From positions 1 through 26,416 of the forward strand of contig JBHIAC010000028.1 of NCBI GenBank assembly GCA_046758365.1: DNA of 26,416 nt, read 5' to 3'. This DNA is from a bacterium (lineage in GTDB: Bacteria; Zhuqueibacterota; Zhuqueibacteria; Oceanimicrobiales; Oceanimicrobiaceae). This document shows positions 1 through 8,919 of this stretch, in pieces (position 1 is the first letter of the stretch; each line of letters begins with the position of its first letter). The notes beneath the pieces were generated by a model. The model was given only the letters and a program-made list of their open reading frames with translations, was not told the origin of the DNA and did not search any database. Made by a program: the position numbers and the translations under genes.

Positions 1-29
1 AATCCGTGTCAATCCGTGGTTAATTATTT

Positions 30-54
30 GGTTGCGGCCGAAGGCCGCGCTAGG
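30..54. repeat. Short REP-like palindrome, copy 1
   Basis: GCGGCC-GAA-GGCCGC hairpin followed by GCTAGG. A related copy lies at 302-323. It is preceded by tandem AATCCGTG x2 at 1-18. Confidence 0.55.
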
Positions 55-147
55 ATTTTCTATGGTTATAGTATTATCAAACAAATCTTTGTTTTTTTAG
101 GCAAGAAAAAATGATTAATAATATCCCAGAACCAAATCATCAAAATA

Positions 148-248
148 GTCATTCAGTCATTGTGTCATTTGCCTTCGGCGTCATTGAACCCTGACTTCAA
201 ACCTAACTAATGACTATAAATGACAGCGAAGCGTTATGACTTAATGAC
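148..248. repeat. Inverted short-repeat array (GTCATT)n...(AATGAC)n
   Basis: GTCATT at 148, 156, 164 and 180. The reverse complement AATGAC/ATGAC occurs at 209, 219, 236 and 243. Confidence 0.75.
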
Positions 249-301
249 TTCATTATTTTTTATCTAAACGTACGAATAAGCAAATCCCTACAATTCTGAA
301 A

Positions 302-323
302 TTTGCGGCTACGCTGCGTTAGG
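302..323. repeat. Short REP-like palindrome, copy 2
   Basis: TTTGCGGC-TAC-GCTGCGTTAGG shares the TGCGGC...GCG(C/T)TAGG frame with 30-54 and lies just past the stop codon of the efflux adaptor gene. Confidence 0.45.
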
Positions 324-333
324 TATTACTAAC

Positions 334-1428
334 TTATTGTATCTTCTTAACTGGCTTCTCAAATAACTCATCCCCTTCTTGTAATCCAGAGAGAACTTCA
401 ATGTTAATGGCATCGCTTAAGCCTGTTTCAATGTGGCGTTCTTCGCTTTTGCCTTCGGGTAAAGCCAATTTCACAAAGGCTGAGTCATTTCTAAAAGTTA
501 CTACCCGTTCTGGAATTACCAATACGCTGTCTTTCTTCTGGATGACGATATTCGCATTGGCCGAATATCCAGCACGGAGCGTGGTGCCGTTAGTTTGCGA
601 AATAAGAATTTCAATCGGAAATACGGTTGTATTTTCATTCTTTTCTGCTTTTAATGAAATCTTTTGCAGCGTTCCTTTTATCTTTGCATCGGGCAAGGCA
701 CCGATTTTTATCTCAGCATCCAAACCTTCTCGCAGTTTGCCCACATCAATTTCATCTACGGAGCCTTTGAAAAGTAGATTCTCCATATTAGCTATTTTCA
801 TCAAAACAGTTCCTTCCTGAAAAGAGGTCAGTGGGGTCACAGGGTCTCCGACTTCAACGCTCTTACTGAGGACGTACCCTTCAATCGGAGATTTAATAAT
901 GGTCTCAATTTTTTTGCCGCCAATATTTACTTTACCGCTCTCGATCAGGGCCAACTTTTCTTTGGCAATTATAAGCTTTAGCTCGGACTCTTGAAATTTC
1001 AGCAGGAAGTCATCAAATTCTTTATCTGAGATCAATGCACTTTTTAACAGGGATTCTTGTCGCACTTTTTCTTTGACCATGTTGTCCAATTCCACCTGAG
1101 CCAGTTCGACATTACGCTTGGCTTCGGCTAATTCCAGCGGTGTTGGGTCAGGTCTGACTTCCAGAAGCGCTTCTCCTGCTTTGACATAGGTCCCGGGTTC
1201 AGCAAATATGTGATTGACCACGCCCGATATTTTCGATTTAATGGATATTTCATTCTCCGGCTCAATAGTGCCAACGGCCAAGGCTTTATCCACAATATTG
1301 TCTTTCACGACTTTAACTTTTGGTAGAGCTTCTTTTTTGTTATTATTTGATTTGCTCAACCAAACGACAACGACTACCACAACAGACAATACGCCCAGCG
1401 ATACAAATAAAAATTTCTTCTTTTTCAT
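334..1428 (-). CDS. Efflux transporter periplasmic adaptor subunit (MacA/YknX/HlyD-type membrane fusion protein)
   Basis: N-terminal basic residues plus TM anchor, lipoyl half-motifs (IKSKISGVV...G..VKAGE and IKSPIEGYVL...VGDPV), coiled coil, VDEIDVGKL, LRAGYSANA and C-terminal TGLSD..IEVLSGLQEGD. Confidence 0.93.
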   Translation of the reverse strand: MKKKKFLFVSLGVLSVVVVVVVWLSKSNNNKKEALPKVKVVKDNIVDKALAVGTIEPENEISIKSKISGVVNHIFAEPGTYVKAGEALLEVRPDPTPLELAEAKRNVELAQVELDNMVKEKVRQESLLKSALISDKEFDDFLLKFQESELKLIIAKEKLALIESGKVNIGGKKIETIIKSPIEGYVLSKSVEVGDPVTPLTSFQEGTVLMKIANMENLLFKGSVDEIDVGKLREGLDAEIKIGALPDAKIKGTLQKISLKAEKNENTTVFPIEILISQTNGTTLRAGYSANANIVIQKKDSVLVIPERVVTFRNDSAFVKLALPEGKSEERHIETGLSDAINIEVLSGLQEGDELFEKPVKKIQ

Positions 1429-1492
1429 GAAAGATGCCTCAAAAATTGGAAAATTGGATTAATAAATTAATTTGGTAAGAGTTATTATAAAA

Positions 1493-1519
1493 TACGTCTC
1501 GATTAGAAAAAATGTTTCA
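1493..1519 (-). promoter_or_regulatory. Putative ECF sigma (SigW-like) promoter of the efflux adaptor gene
   Basis: The minus strand reads TGAAAC-N17-CGTA about 65 bp upstream of the ATG at 1428, close to the B. subtilis SigW consensus TGAAAC-N16-CGTA. Confidence 0.5.
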
Positions 1520-1633
1520 ATTAGCGCCGTAAATCAGATGAACGTCAAAGCCAATGCATGGTAGCCTTTTTATAAATATTAGACAGCACTTATCATCTTA
1601 AAGTTGCTAAAAATATTACTAATGTTGATAAAA

Positions 1634-2082
1634 ATGTCTATCGATAAGGTAGATTTAGACCTCAAGGGAGAAGAAACAAGCAAAAAGGAAGCCCTGAGCG
1701 AAAACTTGAGCAAGTCTTTGATTGAAGTATTCAAGCAAACCCTTGGCGACAAAGTGAAAGATGTTATTAAATCCAAACGGTTGGTTGATTCGGCAGCTAC
1801 CCTGGTGATTGGCAAAGAAGGCATGGACACGCAAATGGAAAAGATTATGAAGATGCTAAATAAAAACTATTCCGGATCCAAAAGGAGCTAGAGATCAACA
1901 CCTCGCACCCACTCATAAAAAATTTAGCCAGAATTAATCTCGGAGACAGCACCAATCCGTTGCTTAGAAAATGCATTTTGCAACTGTACGAAGGTGCCTT
2001 ACTCATCGAAGGAAACCTGAATTCACTAACCGAGTTCGTTCGTCGGCTGACGGAAATTATGGAGGAGGCGACGAAGAATTGA
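1634..2082 (+). pseudogene. htpG: C-terminal fragment of Hsp90 chaperone HtpG, 5'-truncated and frameshifted
   Basis: Frame 1 reads ...FKQTLGDKVKDVIKSKRLVDSAATLV...MDTQMEKIMKM. After a 1-nt shift in the A-run at 1880-1883 it reads ELEINTSHPLIKNL...ILQLYEGALLIEG....EFVRRLTEIM with a stop at 2080-2082. The ATPase and middle domains are absent. Confidence 0.88.
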
Positions 2083-2219
2083 ATTGGACAAAGAACAATG
2101 CCAAGTTTAAGAAATTTCATGTTTATATTTTATTGGAAGCGGAGGAATTGATTTGACAATAAGCAGCAGTAAATTAATTGAAAATTTCGAATACTGGTAG
2201 GATTTTATTAGAAGAAAAT

Positions 2220-2885
2220 TTAAGAACTTCTAAAAACTCCTTCTCTAAACCTACAATAGTGTACCGATAATTTGAACAGAAACAAATAAAAGCCATAGTC
2301 ACTAAAAGTAACCTTTCTATCTCCATTAGGAAAATAATCTCTGTTATACGCTTCACTGTTAAGTAACGATATAGGAATGGAAGCTGTAAAATCGAACCGA
2401 ATTAAAGATTCTTCTAAGATAATTTGTGAGTTCTGTCTTACCTCAGCTAAATAAAAAAGATTTGAGATTCTATTTTTTTTAAGACTATCTAAAAAAGAAT
2501 TTATTCTCCCCATGGAGATATTTCTTTTCTTCAGAAGTTCCACATATTTGGCTAAGCTGAATACTGCCGCAAGTGTAACATTTGGATCTTGAATTCTTTC
2601 ATTTTCGGGCTTTATGTCGCAGGTATTAGAGATGATTGCAGCCGTATAATACTTAGTAACAAAACTAGAACTTTTAGAATCCCATTGAGCAAAAGGAATA
2701 TCAATGATTACGTCACCTTGATAAAACACACTAATATTATCTAATTTAAAATAAATTTTACTAGGATTAGTCGAGTAAGGAAAATCTTCTTTAATGCAGC
2801 TAAATAAATTTTCTTGTTGCTCTGGAGATAAATATTTAGGCAGGTAAGTCCTTATAAACTCAAGATGTCTACTAAGTTCTCCCAT
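2220..2885 (-). CDS. Hypothetical protein, possibly a divergent PemK/MazF-like fold
   Basis: 221-aa ORF. The motifs FYQGDVI...AAIISNTCDI...VTLAAV...LIRFDFTASI...RKVTFS follow the order of MazF-family elements. It is the last gene of a tightly packed AT-rich operon. Confidence 0.7.
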   Translation of the reverse strand: MGELSRHLEFIRTYLPKYLSPEQQENLFSCIKEDFPYSTNPSKIYFKLDNISVFYQGDVIIDIPFAQWDSKSSSFVTKYYTAAIISNTCDIKPENERIQDPNVTLAAVFSLAKYVELLKKRNISMGRINSFLDSLKKNRISNLFYLAEVRQNSQIILEESLIRFDFTASIPISLLNSEAYNRDYFPNGDRKVTFSDYGFYLFLFKLSVHYCRFREGVFRSS

Positions 2886-2888
2886 TCA

Positions 2889-3251
2889 TTAAAATCTTTG
2901 TTTTGATGGAGAATCTTTCCCTTCAATAATTGCCAGTTCATTTAAGGCATCAAGAAAATCAGGATCTAAATCAATTTGTTGTTCTAAAATATCGTGAGAC
3001 ATTGAGAGGAAGTGTAAGTCTGTTTCATTAGCATCGACTTCAAAATCTAGTTCATTGGCAAAAGAATAATTTTCTTCCACATACTGGTCAATATCGCTGT
3101 TAAATTCTTTTTGCTTATCAAATTTATATTCTATTGTAGCTAATTCATTTGGACTGATTAATCCAATGTCTTCTCCTTCTTCAGGAGTTAAGCTCCAAAT
3201 TAAAGGAAAAGGTGTGTTTGTATTACTACTTTTAGGTATAACTTCATTCAT
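2889..3251 (-). CDS. Small acidic hypothetical protein
   Basis: 120-aa D/E-rich ORF spaced 2-3 bp from both neighbours, with an upstream GGAG inside the end of the previous gene. Confidence 0.65.
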   Translation of the reverse strand: MNEVIPKSSNTNTPFPLIWSLTPEEGEDIGLISPNELATIEYKFDKQKEFNSDIDQYVEENYSFANELDFEVDANETDLHFLSMSHDILEQQIDLDPDFLDALNELAIIEGKDSPSKQRF

Positions 3252-3253
3252 GT

Positions 3254-3985
3254 CTATACCAACTCTCCAGTTAAATAGTTCTGTAACTTATTAATTTGTA
3301 TAATCTGAAAAATATCTTTTTCTATTTCATCAATAAGCCCGAACTTAAAATCTTTACCTTGTTGATTATAATATTTTGTGTTCATATCTAAAGTTACGCC
3401 TATGCCACACTGTTTCTCACCTGTTTTTGTTGCAATTCTCTTTTCAGGGTCTATTGAAAGCATTTCTTCTATATATTTTGAAGATTTCACATTCAAATAA
3501 TATTTAGATTTTAAAGGGAATGAATATAATAGAGAGAAATCTACCGTTTTATCACTTAAGGCTTTAATGCCCGTATTGTTTTTCAAATAATCATTAATTT
3601 CATCTTTTTCCATTATGAATTTCAATTGTAATATATATGCAACAAATTGAATGTTTTCAGAAGAAACTAAATTCTTAAGTTTTAACACTCTTTTAGAGAT
3701 ATATTCTCTAATGCTTTCCAATTTAGTACTAAAATTTTTACTATAATTAGTTGCAAAAGTTAGTCTAAATTGAGAAACTTGTAACCTACTATGACCACTA
3801 ATTGATTCAGCTTCAAACCTTGGTATATTACCATCAGCTTCCTCTGGCACAGGGTACATATTAAATGGAACTTTAAAAAATATATCTAAGGATTTTTCAA
3901 ACTCAAAAATTCTTTTTCTAATATCAAAAGCTCTATTATAAACAAAAACAACACTAGAATTTGTTACATAAAAATTATTAGCCAT
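3254..3985 (-). CDS. Hypothetical protein resembling the TIGR04255 family
   Basis: 243-aa ORF with PRFEAES..GHSRLQVSQFRLTF, IQFVAYILQLKF and VTLDMNT, similar in layout to TIGR04255-like proteins (recognised from memory, not searched). Confidence 0.65.
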   Translation of the reverse strand: MANNFYVTNSSVVFVYNRAFDIRKRIFEFEKSLDIFFKVPFNMYPVPEEADGNIPRFEAESISGHSRLQVSQFRLTFATNYSKNFSTKLESIREYISKRVLKLKNLVSSENIQFVAYILQLKFIMEKDEINDYLKNNTGIKALSDKTVDFSLLYSFPLKSKYYLNVKSSKYIEEMLSIDPEKRIATKTGEKQCGIGVTLDMNTKYYNQQGKDFKFGLIDEIEKDIFQIIQINKLQNYLTGELV

Positions 3986-4235
3986 TTAAGTAACTTAGAA
4001 AATTCTTTTGAAATTTATTTAATATTTTTTTAAAAATAAAAAACAGCCTTACCAAAAGCAAGGGAAAACGAGAAAAAAGCAAATTTTTATTATCCTCTGC
4101 AAGGGCACAAATAATCAAAAAGAATTTTATTTTGTCAATGCAATACAATTGATAACTTTGGTTGAATCCAATTATTATATATTCTCTATAAAGCAAACTC
4201 ACAATCTCCCTGGCCTGTTCCATGCCCTGGTAGAT

Positions 4236-4421
4236 CTGCTGCCACTTTAAAGAAACTAGACAGGTATGGCCGAAGGGAGTTTCAACCACAATATCTACCC
4301 TATGTCGGCCGCCTCCAATTTTGTGACCAATGTATTTTTGAGGATATATCGTGTAATTGCTGTCGCGTAGGACAGGCTTGATTAAATTTTCGAGTATTCT
4401 TCCAGTGTGGCTGAGCGCCAT
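4236..4421 (-). pseudogene. N-terminal fragment of a PD-(D/E)XK nuclease (type II restriction endonuclease-like)
   Basis: TGRILENLIKPVL...YIGHKIGGGRHRVDIVV...LVSLKWQQ. Its start overlaps the methylase stop (TGATG). Recognisable similarity ends after KWQQ. Confidence 0.7.
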
Positions 4422-4720
4422 CACAAGCCTCTCGTGGCGAGTATTTCTTGGGCGGGTGTCCTATCACCAGTGCAGGAGATACGCCGCGGACCCTCTAATA
4501 TTTCGATGCTAAAACCAAGTTCACGATATAATCGTGTTACCCTATCCGTAACTTGATTTGACGCAACAACCGGCCCAGGGTAGCGGGTGAGCCACTTGGC
4601 CAGCTTAACTTGGCCATCCTAACTGAAGCCACCCGCACTGTATGGGAGGAACTCCACGTCGTATGGCGGATCAGCCTAGATAAAATCGTCTGGTTTTACT
4701 TCCACTTTCTCAAAGTCCAA
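4421..4720 (-). pseudogene. C-terminal fragment of a Dam-family (D12 class) DNA adenine methyltransferase with two in-frame TAG stops
   Basis: Manual translation: LDFEKVEVKPDDFI*ADPPYDVEFLPYSAGGFS*DGQVKLAKWL...PVVASNQVTDRVTRLYRELGF...PRRISCTGDRTPAQEILATRGL*. It contains DPPY motif IV. It is not in the ORF track. Confidence 0.88.
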
Positions 4721-4778
4721 AAAAAGATTGTAAAATTTTGTAGAGGAGGTTAAAATTAAAAATTTTTGTATTTTCTTG

Positions 4779-4807
4779 TTGACATATAATATAAAATATA
4801 TTAGTTT
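4779..4807 (+). promoter_or_regulatory. Putative sigma70 promoter for the 4909 gene
   Basis: TTGACA (4779-4784), 17 bp, TAGTTT (4802-4807). An AGGAGG RBS precedes the ATG at 4909. Confidence 0.5.
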
Positions 4808-4908
4808 TTTACAATCAAGTAAGAATTTCCCCCTCTATTTAATCCAAAGTAATGTTAATTTATTATCTTGTGAACTAATTATTTCATATAATAACCTAGG
4901 AGGAAGTT

Positions 4909-7900
4909 ATGATTCAACGACTAACATTCATATCGCTTTTGGGGTCTATTCTAATTTCATCCCTATACGCCCAAATCGATCCAGAGCTACTTGCTGGCAT
5001 GAAAGCACGCTCCATTGGGCCTGCGGGCATGAGTGGTCGGATTGCGGCTATTGATGTTGTTCAAGCAAATACCGATATCATTTATGTAGGCGCTGCTACG
5101 GGGGGTGTTTGGAAATCAGAAAACGGGGGAATTTCCTGGACGCCAATTTTCGATGATCAGCCTGTTGCAGCCATTGGGGCAGTAGCTATTTTCCAAGCAA
5201 GCCCTGACATCATCTGGGTGGGCACCGGCGAAGGCAACCCACGCAACAGCGCCTCTGTGGGTAATGGCATTTACAAGTCATTCGATGCTGGAAAAACTTG
5301 GACACATCTTGGGCTTGATGAAACGGAGCGTATTCATCGCATTGTTCCACATCCCACAAATTCAGATATTGTTTACGTTGCTGCACTAGGAAAGACCTGG
5401 GGAGAAAATCCCGAACGTGGTGTTTTCAAAACCGAAGACGGGGGTAAGACCTGGAAAAAGATTCTCTACATAAACCAGAATACAGGGGCCGCAGATCTGG
5501 TTATGGATCCGACTAATCCGAACAAGTTATTAGCCGCTATGTGGGATCATCGTCGTTGGCCGTGGTTCTTTCGCTCTGGCGGTCCGGGCTCTGGCCTACA
5601 TATAACCGTTGATGGTGGAAATACCTGGAGAAAGTTGACCGAAGAAGATGGTCTACCAAAAGGCGAATTAGGGCGCATTGGCTTAGCCTTTTCTCACTCA
5701 AATCCAGAGATCGTTTATGCTTTGGTGGAAGCAGAAAAAAGTGGGCTAATCCGCTCAGAAGACGGAGGTAAATCATGGAATATTGTCAACCAGGACCCAA
5801 GGGTGGCGAGACGCCCTTTCTATTTTGCTGATATCAGCGTTGATCCTGAGCTACCCAATCGAATTTACAACCTTGCCTCCTTTGTCTCAGTCTCCAAGGA
5901 TGGGGGCAAAAGTTTTAAAGTACTGGTTCCTTTTCGGGATGTCCATCCAGATTACCATGCTATCTGGATTAATCCAAGAGATGCGACTCATCTCATCGTT
6001 GGGAATGACGGAGGCATGGCGATGAGCCATGACCGTGGAGAAACCTGGCGTTTTGTGGCCAATCTTCCCCTCGCCCAGTACTATCACATTCGTGTCGATA
6101 TGGAGACGCCTTACAATATCTATGGCGGCATGCAGGATAATGGATCGTGGCGAGGCCCAAGCAGCGTGTGGGAAAACGGTGGTATTCGTAACCATCATTG
6201 GGAGGAAGTCGGATTTGGCGACGGCTTCGACACGCTACCTGATCCAAACGACTCAATGATTGGCTACGCCATGAGCCAAGAGGGCTATCTCATACGTTGG
6301 AACTTAAGAACTGGTGAACGGAAAGATATTCGGCCTCCAGCCCCGGAAAGCGTGGAGCTGCGATTCAATTGGAACGCAGCTTTAGCCATTGACCCATTCG
6401 ACAACAAAACCATTTATTATGGCAGTCAATTTGTACACAAATCTACTGATCGTGGGGAAACGTGGATTATCATCAGTCCCGATCTAACCACTAACAATCC
6501 AAAATGGCAGAAACAGGCAGAAAGCGGCGGGCTTACTCCAGACGTAACAGGAGCAGAGAATTTTACGACCATCATCTCTATTGCACCGAGTTCTCTTCAA
6601 CCAGGTGTTATCTGGGTAGGCACGGACGATGGCAGGATTCACGTAACCCAGGACGGCGGTCAAACCTGGAAGAGCTTGGAAAAAAATGTCAAAGGCGTTC
6701 CCAAGAATACCTGGATTCCACATATCGAACCCTCGAAATTTGAAGCTGGCACGGCATTCGTTGTATTTGACGACCATCGGCGCTCGAACTGGAACCCCTA
6801 TGTCTATCGAACCGCTAATTATGGAAAGAACTGGAAAAGCCTGGTAACCGATGATATCCATGGATATGCTTTGGTCATCGAGCAGGATCCGGTCAAGAAA
6901 GACCTTCTCTTTTTAGGTACTGAATTTGGTCTCTACATCACCCTGGATGGAGGTAAGCATTGGATGAAGTGGACGCACGGCTATCCCACGGTTTCAACGA
7001 TGGATTTAGTTTTGCATCCGCGGGAACACGACCTCGTTATCGGTACCCATGGACGGGCGGCTTATATTCTGGATGATATCCGGCCGTTACGTGCCATCTC
7101 GCCAACTACCATGGCTAAACCGATTCACCTATTTGAGATTCCTGACGCTCAACAGTATATGATTAAGCAAACCGGGGCCTCCCGCTTCCCGGGTCATGGC
7201 GAATTTCGGGGAAAAAACCGACCCTACGGTGCCTTGATCACCTATTCACTCAATATCGAGGGTTTGCCACATCCAAACCAGGAGAAAGAGCACGAGCGGA
7301 AAGAAAAGGAACGAGAGAGCACGAAAAAGGAGAAGCCGATGGCTGAAGCTGCTTCACAAGAAGCAGAACAGGCGATGGAAGGTGAAAAAGAGGAAAAAGA
7401 AAAGGGGCCGCAAGTTGAAATCAAAATCACTGATGAACAAGGTAAGGTTATACGTACTTTCAAAGGGCCGGCAAAGCTCGGTGTGAATCGCGCGATCTGG
7501 GATCTCCGTCGGGATTCGTTCAAAGAGCCTCCCAGGGAACGCGAAATTCGCTTTTTTGAACCAAGGGGTCCTATGGTACTGCCAGGCACCTATGGCGTTA
7601 AAGTCAAGTACCAAGACCACGAGGCCCAAGGTACGGTTAGAGTGCTTCCAGATCCACGTTATCATATCTCTGCAAGGGATCGGAAAGCAAAATGGGCTGC
7701 TATTCTACAGGCAGGTGCGCTACAAGAGCTTGCGACTGAAGCGATTAAGCGAATTCAGAATATTAGGTCAGATATTGACGTCGTGGTTAAAAAAGCGAAG
7801 CAAGGCAAAGACAAAAACGCAAACGGCGAATATTCTCAGGGCAACGATAACCCATACCAGCAATTGATTGAATCAGCCAATTCCCTTAAGAAAGCACTAA

Positions 7901-8193
7901 ACCAAATGGAAAAGCGACTATGGATTCCGCCTAAAACCAAAGGCATTGTGGCCGAAACCGATGCTTGGTCGAAAATTCGCTATGTCCAGAGGTCACTTAA
8001 TTCTTCTTGGGATGTCCCAACCCCGGCGCAGCTAACTTATTTGCATCAGGCCGAGCACCTGCTAGAGAAAATTCTGACAGACTACAATCAGCTCTTCGAA
8101 GAGCAGGTTGCAAGCTTTCGCCACCAGGTCAAGGAAGCACAGATCGTCATATTTCCAGAATTTGCGCCCTTACAGGTTAAAAAAAGTGAGTAA
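4909..8193 (+). CDS. Secreted VPS10/sortilin-like BNR (Asp-box) repeat beta-propeller protein (glycosyl hydrolase-like)
   Basis: Signal peptide, RSIGPAGMSGRI, many S/T-x-D-G-G-x-T/S-W Asp boxes, GGMQDNGSW, RFNWN, GTHGR and a C-terminal PGTY Ig-like domain with a helical tail. Confidence 0.92.
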   Translation: MIQRLTFISLLGSILISSLYAQIDPELLAGMKARSIGPAGMSGRIAAIDVVQANTDIIYVGAATGGVWKSENGGISWTPIFDDQPVAAIGAVAIFQASPDIIWVGTGEGNPRNSASVGNGIYKSFDAGKTWTHLGLDETERIHRIVPHPTNSDIVYVAALGKTWGENPERGVFKTEDGGKTWKKILYINQNTGAADLVMDPTNPNKLLAAMWDHRRWPWFFRSGGPGSGLHITVDGGNTWRKLTEEDGLPKGELGRIGLAFSHSNPEIVYALVEAEKSGLIRSEDGGKSWNIVNQDPRVARRPFYFADISVDPELPNRIYNLASFVSVSKDGGKSFKVLVPFRDVHPDYHAIWINPRDATHLIVGNDGGMAMSHDRGETWRFVANLPLAQYYHIRVDMETPYNIYGGMQDNGSWRGPSSVWENGGIRNHHWEEVGFGDGFDTLPDPNDSMIGYAMSQEGYLIRWNLRTGERKDIRPPAPESVELRFNWNAALAIDPFDNKTIYYGSQFVHKSTDRGETWIIISPDLTTNNPKWQKQAESGGLTPDVTGAENFTTIISIAPSSLQPGVIWVGTDDGRIHVTQDGGQTWKSLEKNVKGVPKNTWIPHIEPSKFEAGTAFVVFDDHRRSNWNPYVYRTANYGKNWKSLVTDDIHGYALVIEQDPVKKDLLFLGTEFGLYITLDGGKHWMKWTHGYPTVSTMDLVLHPREHDLVIGTHGRAAYILDDIRPLRAISPTTMAKPIHLFEIPDAQQYMIKQTGASRFPGHGEFRGKNRPYGALITYSLNIEGLPHPNQEKEHERKEKERESTKKEKPMAEAASQEAEQAMEGEKEEKEKGPQVEIKITDEQGKVIRTFKGPAKLGVNRAIWDLRRDSFKEPPREREIRFFEPRGPMVLPGTYGVKVKYQDHEAQGTVRVLPDPRYHISARDRKAKWAAILQAGALQELATEAIKRIQNIRSDIDVVVKKAKQGKDKNANGEYSQGNDNPYQQLIESANSLKKALNQMEKRLWIPPKTKGIVAETDAWSKIRYVQRSLNSSWDVPTPAQLTYLHQAEHLLEKILTDYNQLFEEQVASFRHQVKEAQIVIFPEFAPLQVKKSE

Positions 8194-8281
8194 AGCTGTA
8201 CTCTAATCAAAAATGTAGCCTGAAATTGTTCTTTTCAATAAAGAGTGAAGGAACATATTCTTAAATTATAAAAAATTTTAC

Positions 8282-8331
8282 TTGATTTCTAAGAAATTAT
8301 TTTCTATAATTCAATGTAAGTAAATACTTAC
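8282..8331 (+). promoter_or_regulatory. sigma70 promoter plus palindromic operator upstream of tetR
   Basis: TTGATT (8282-8287), 17 bp, TATAAT (8305-8310), then the perfect inverted repeat GTAAGTA-AA-TACTTAC at 8316-8331 over the expected +1. Confidence 0.75.
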
Positions 8332-8352
8332 TTAAATTATCGCAGGCATTAA

Positions 8353-8919
8353 ATGTCACGACCCCTTACAAAAAAATCTGAAGTTATTGATGCGGCGTTG
8401 TCCCTTTTTATGCGAAAGGGTATTAAAGCCACTACCACCCGTGACATTGCGCTCCGAGCTGGAATTTCCGAAGGGACTATCTATCGCCATTTTGATAGTA
8501 AAGAGGAGTTGGCAGAAATCATCTTCGATCAAAATTTAGAATTCTTCTGGAAATTTTTAAAAGGTTATCTGAAAAACACGAAAACTCCAGAAGGGATGTT
8601 GAGGGCTTTTGTTGAAGGATTTTTTGAATTTGCTCGACGAGAACCGAGAAGTTATGGTTTCGTTATTGCGGCGCACCAGACCGAACTAAAAAAACTTTCA
8701 CGAGAAAAAATGAAGCCTAAACAGATGCTGACCAAGATTCTTAGACTGGGAGAAAAACAGGGTTATTTCAGAAAAATGAATACAAACTTGGCTGGGGCCA
8801 TGGTGATGGGTACTATCATGCAAACTATTTTTTATCTTAAAAACGGTCGCATTGATGTTAACTTTGAGGAGGTCGTCGAGGAAGTCGTGAGCACATGTTT
8901 TAAAATGGTAAAGATTTAA
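8353..8919 (+). CDS. TetR/AcrR family transcriptional regulator
   Basis: VIDAALSLFMRKGIKATTTRDIALRAGISEGTIYRHFDSKEEL helix-turn-helix. Confidence 0.95.
   Translation: MSRPLTKKSEVIDAALSLFMRKGIKATTTRDIALRAGISEGTIYRHFDSKEELAEIIFDQNLEFFWKFLKGYLKNTKTPEGMLRAFVEGFFEFARREPRSYGFVIAAHQTELKKLSREKMKPKQMLTKILRLGEKQGYFRKMNTNLAGAMVMGTIMQTIFYLKNGRIDVNFEEVVEEVVSTCFKMVKI

Noticed and set aside
148..248. CRISPR array (also considered for 15497-15590)
   Set aside because: Units are 6-8 nt with inverted arms. There are no 23-47-nt repeats with unique spacers and no cas genes.
3978..4235. C-terminal part of the 148-aa ORF as a real protein
   Set aside because: After KWQQ it runs into AT-rich, low-complexity sequence that is probably the promoter region of the 3985 operon.
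4421..4720. Stop-codon reassignment (TAG read-through) in the methylase
   Set aside because: The two TAGs fall at positions expected to be different residues (Tyr and Trp), the gene is also 5'-truncated, and TAG terminates other genes in the window.
5537..7867. Short alternative-frame and antisense ORFs inside the VPS10 gene (likewise inside other long genes)
   Set aside because: They are shadows of well-supported CDSs and have no recognisable motifs.
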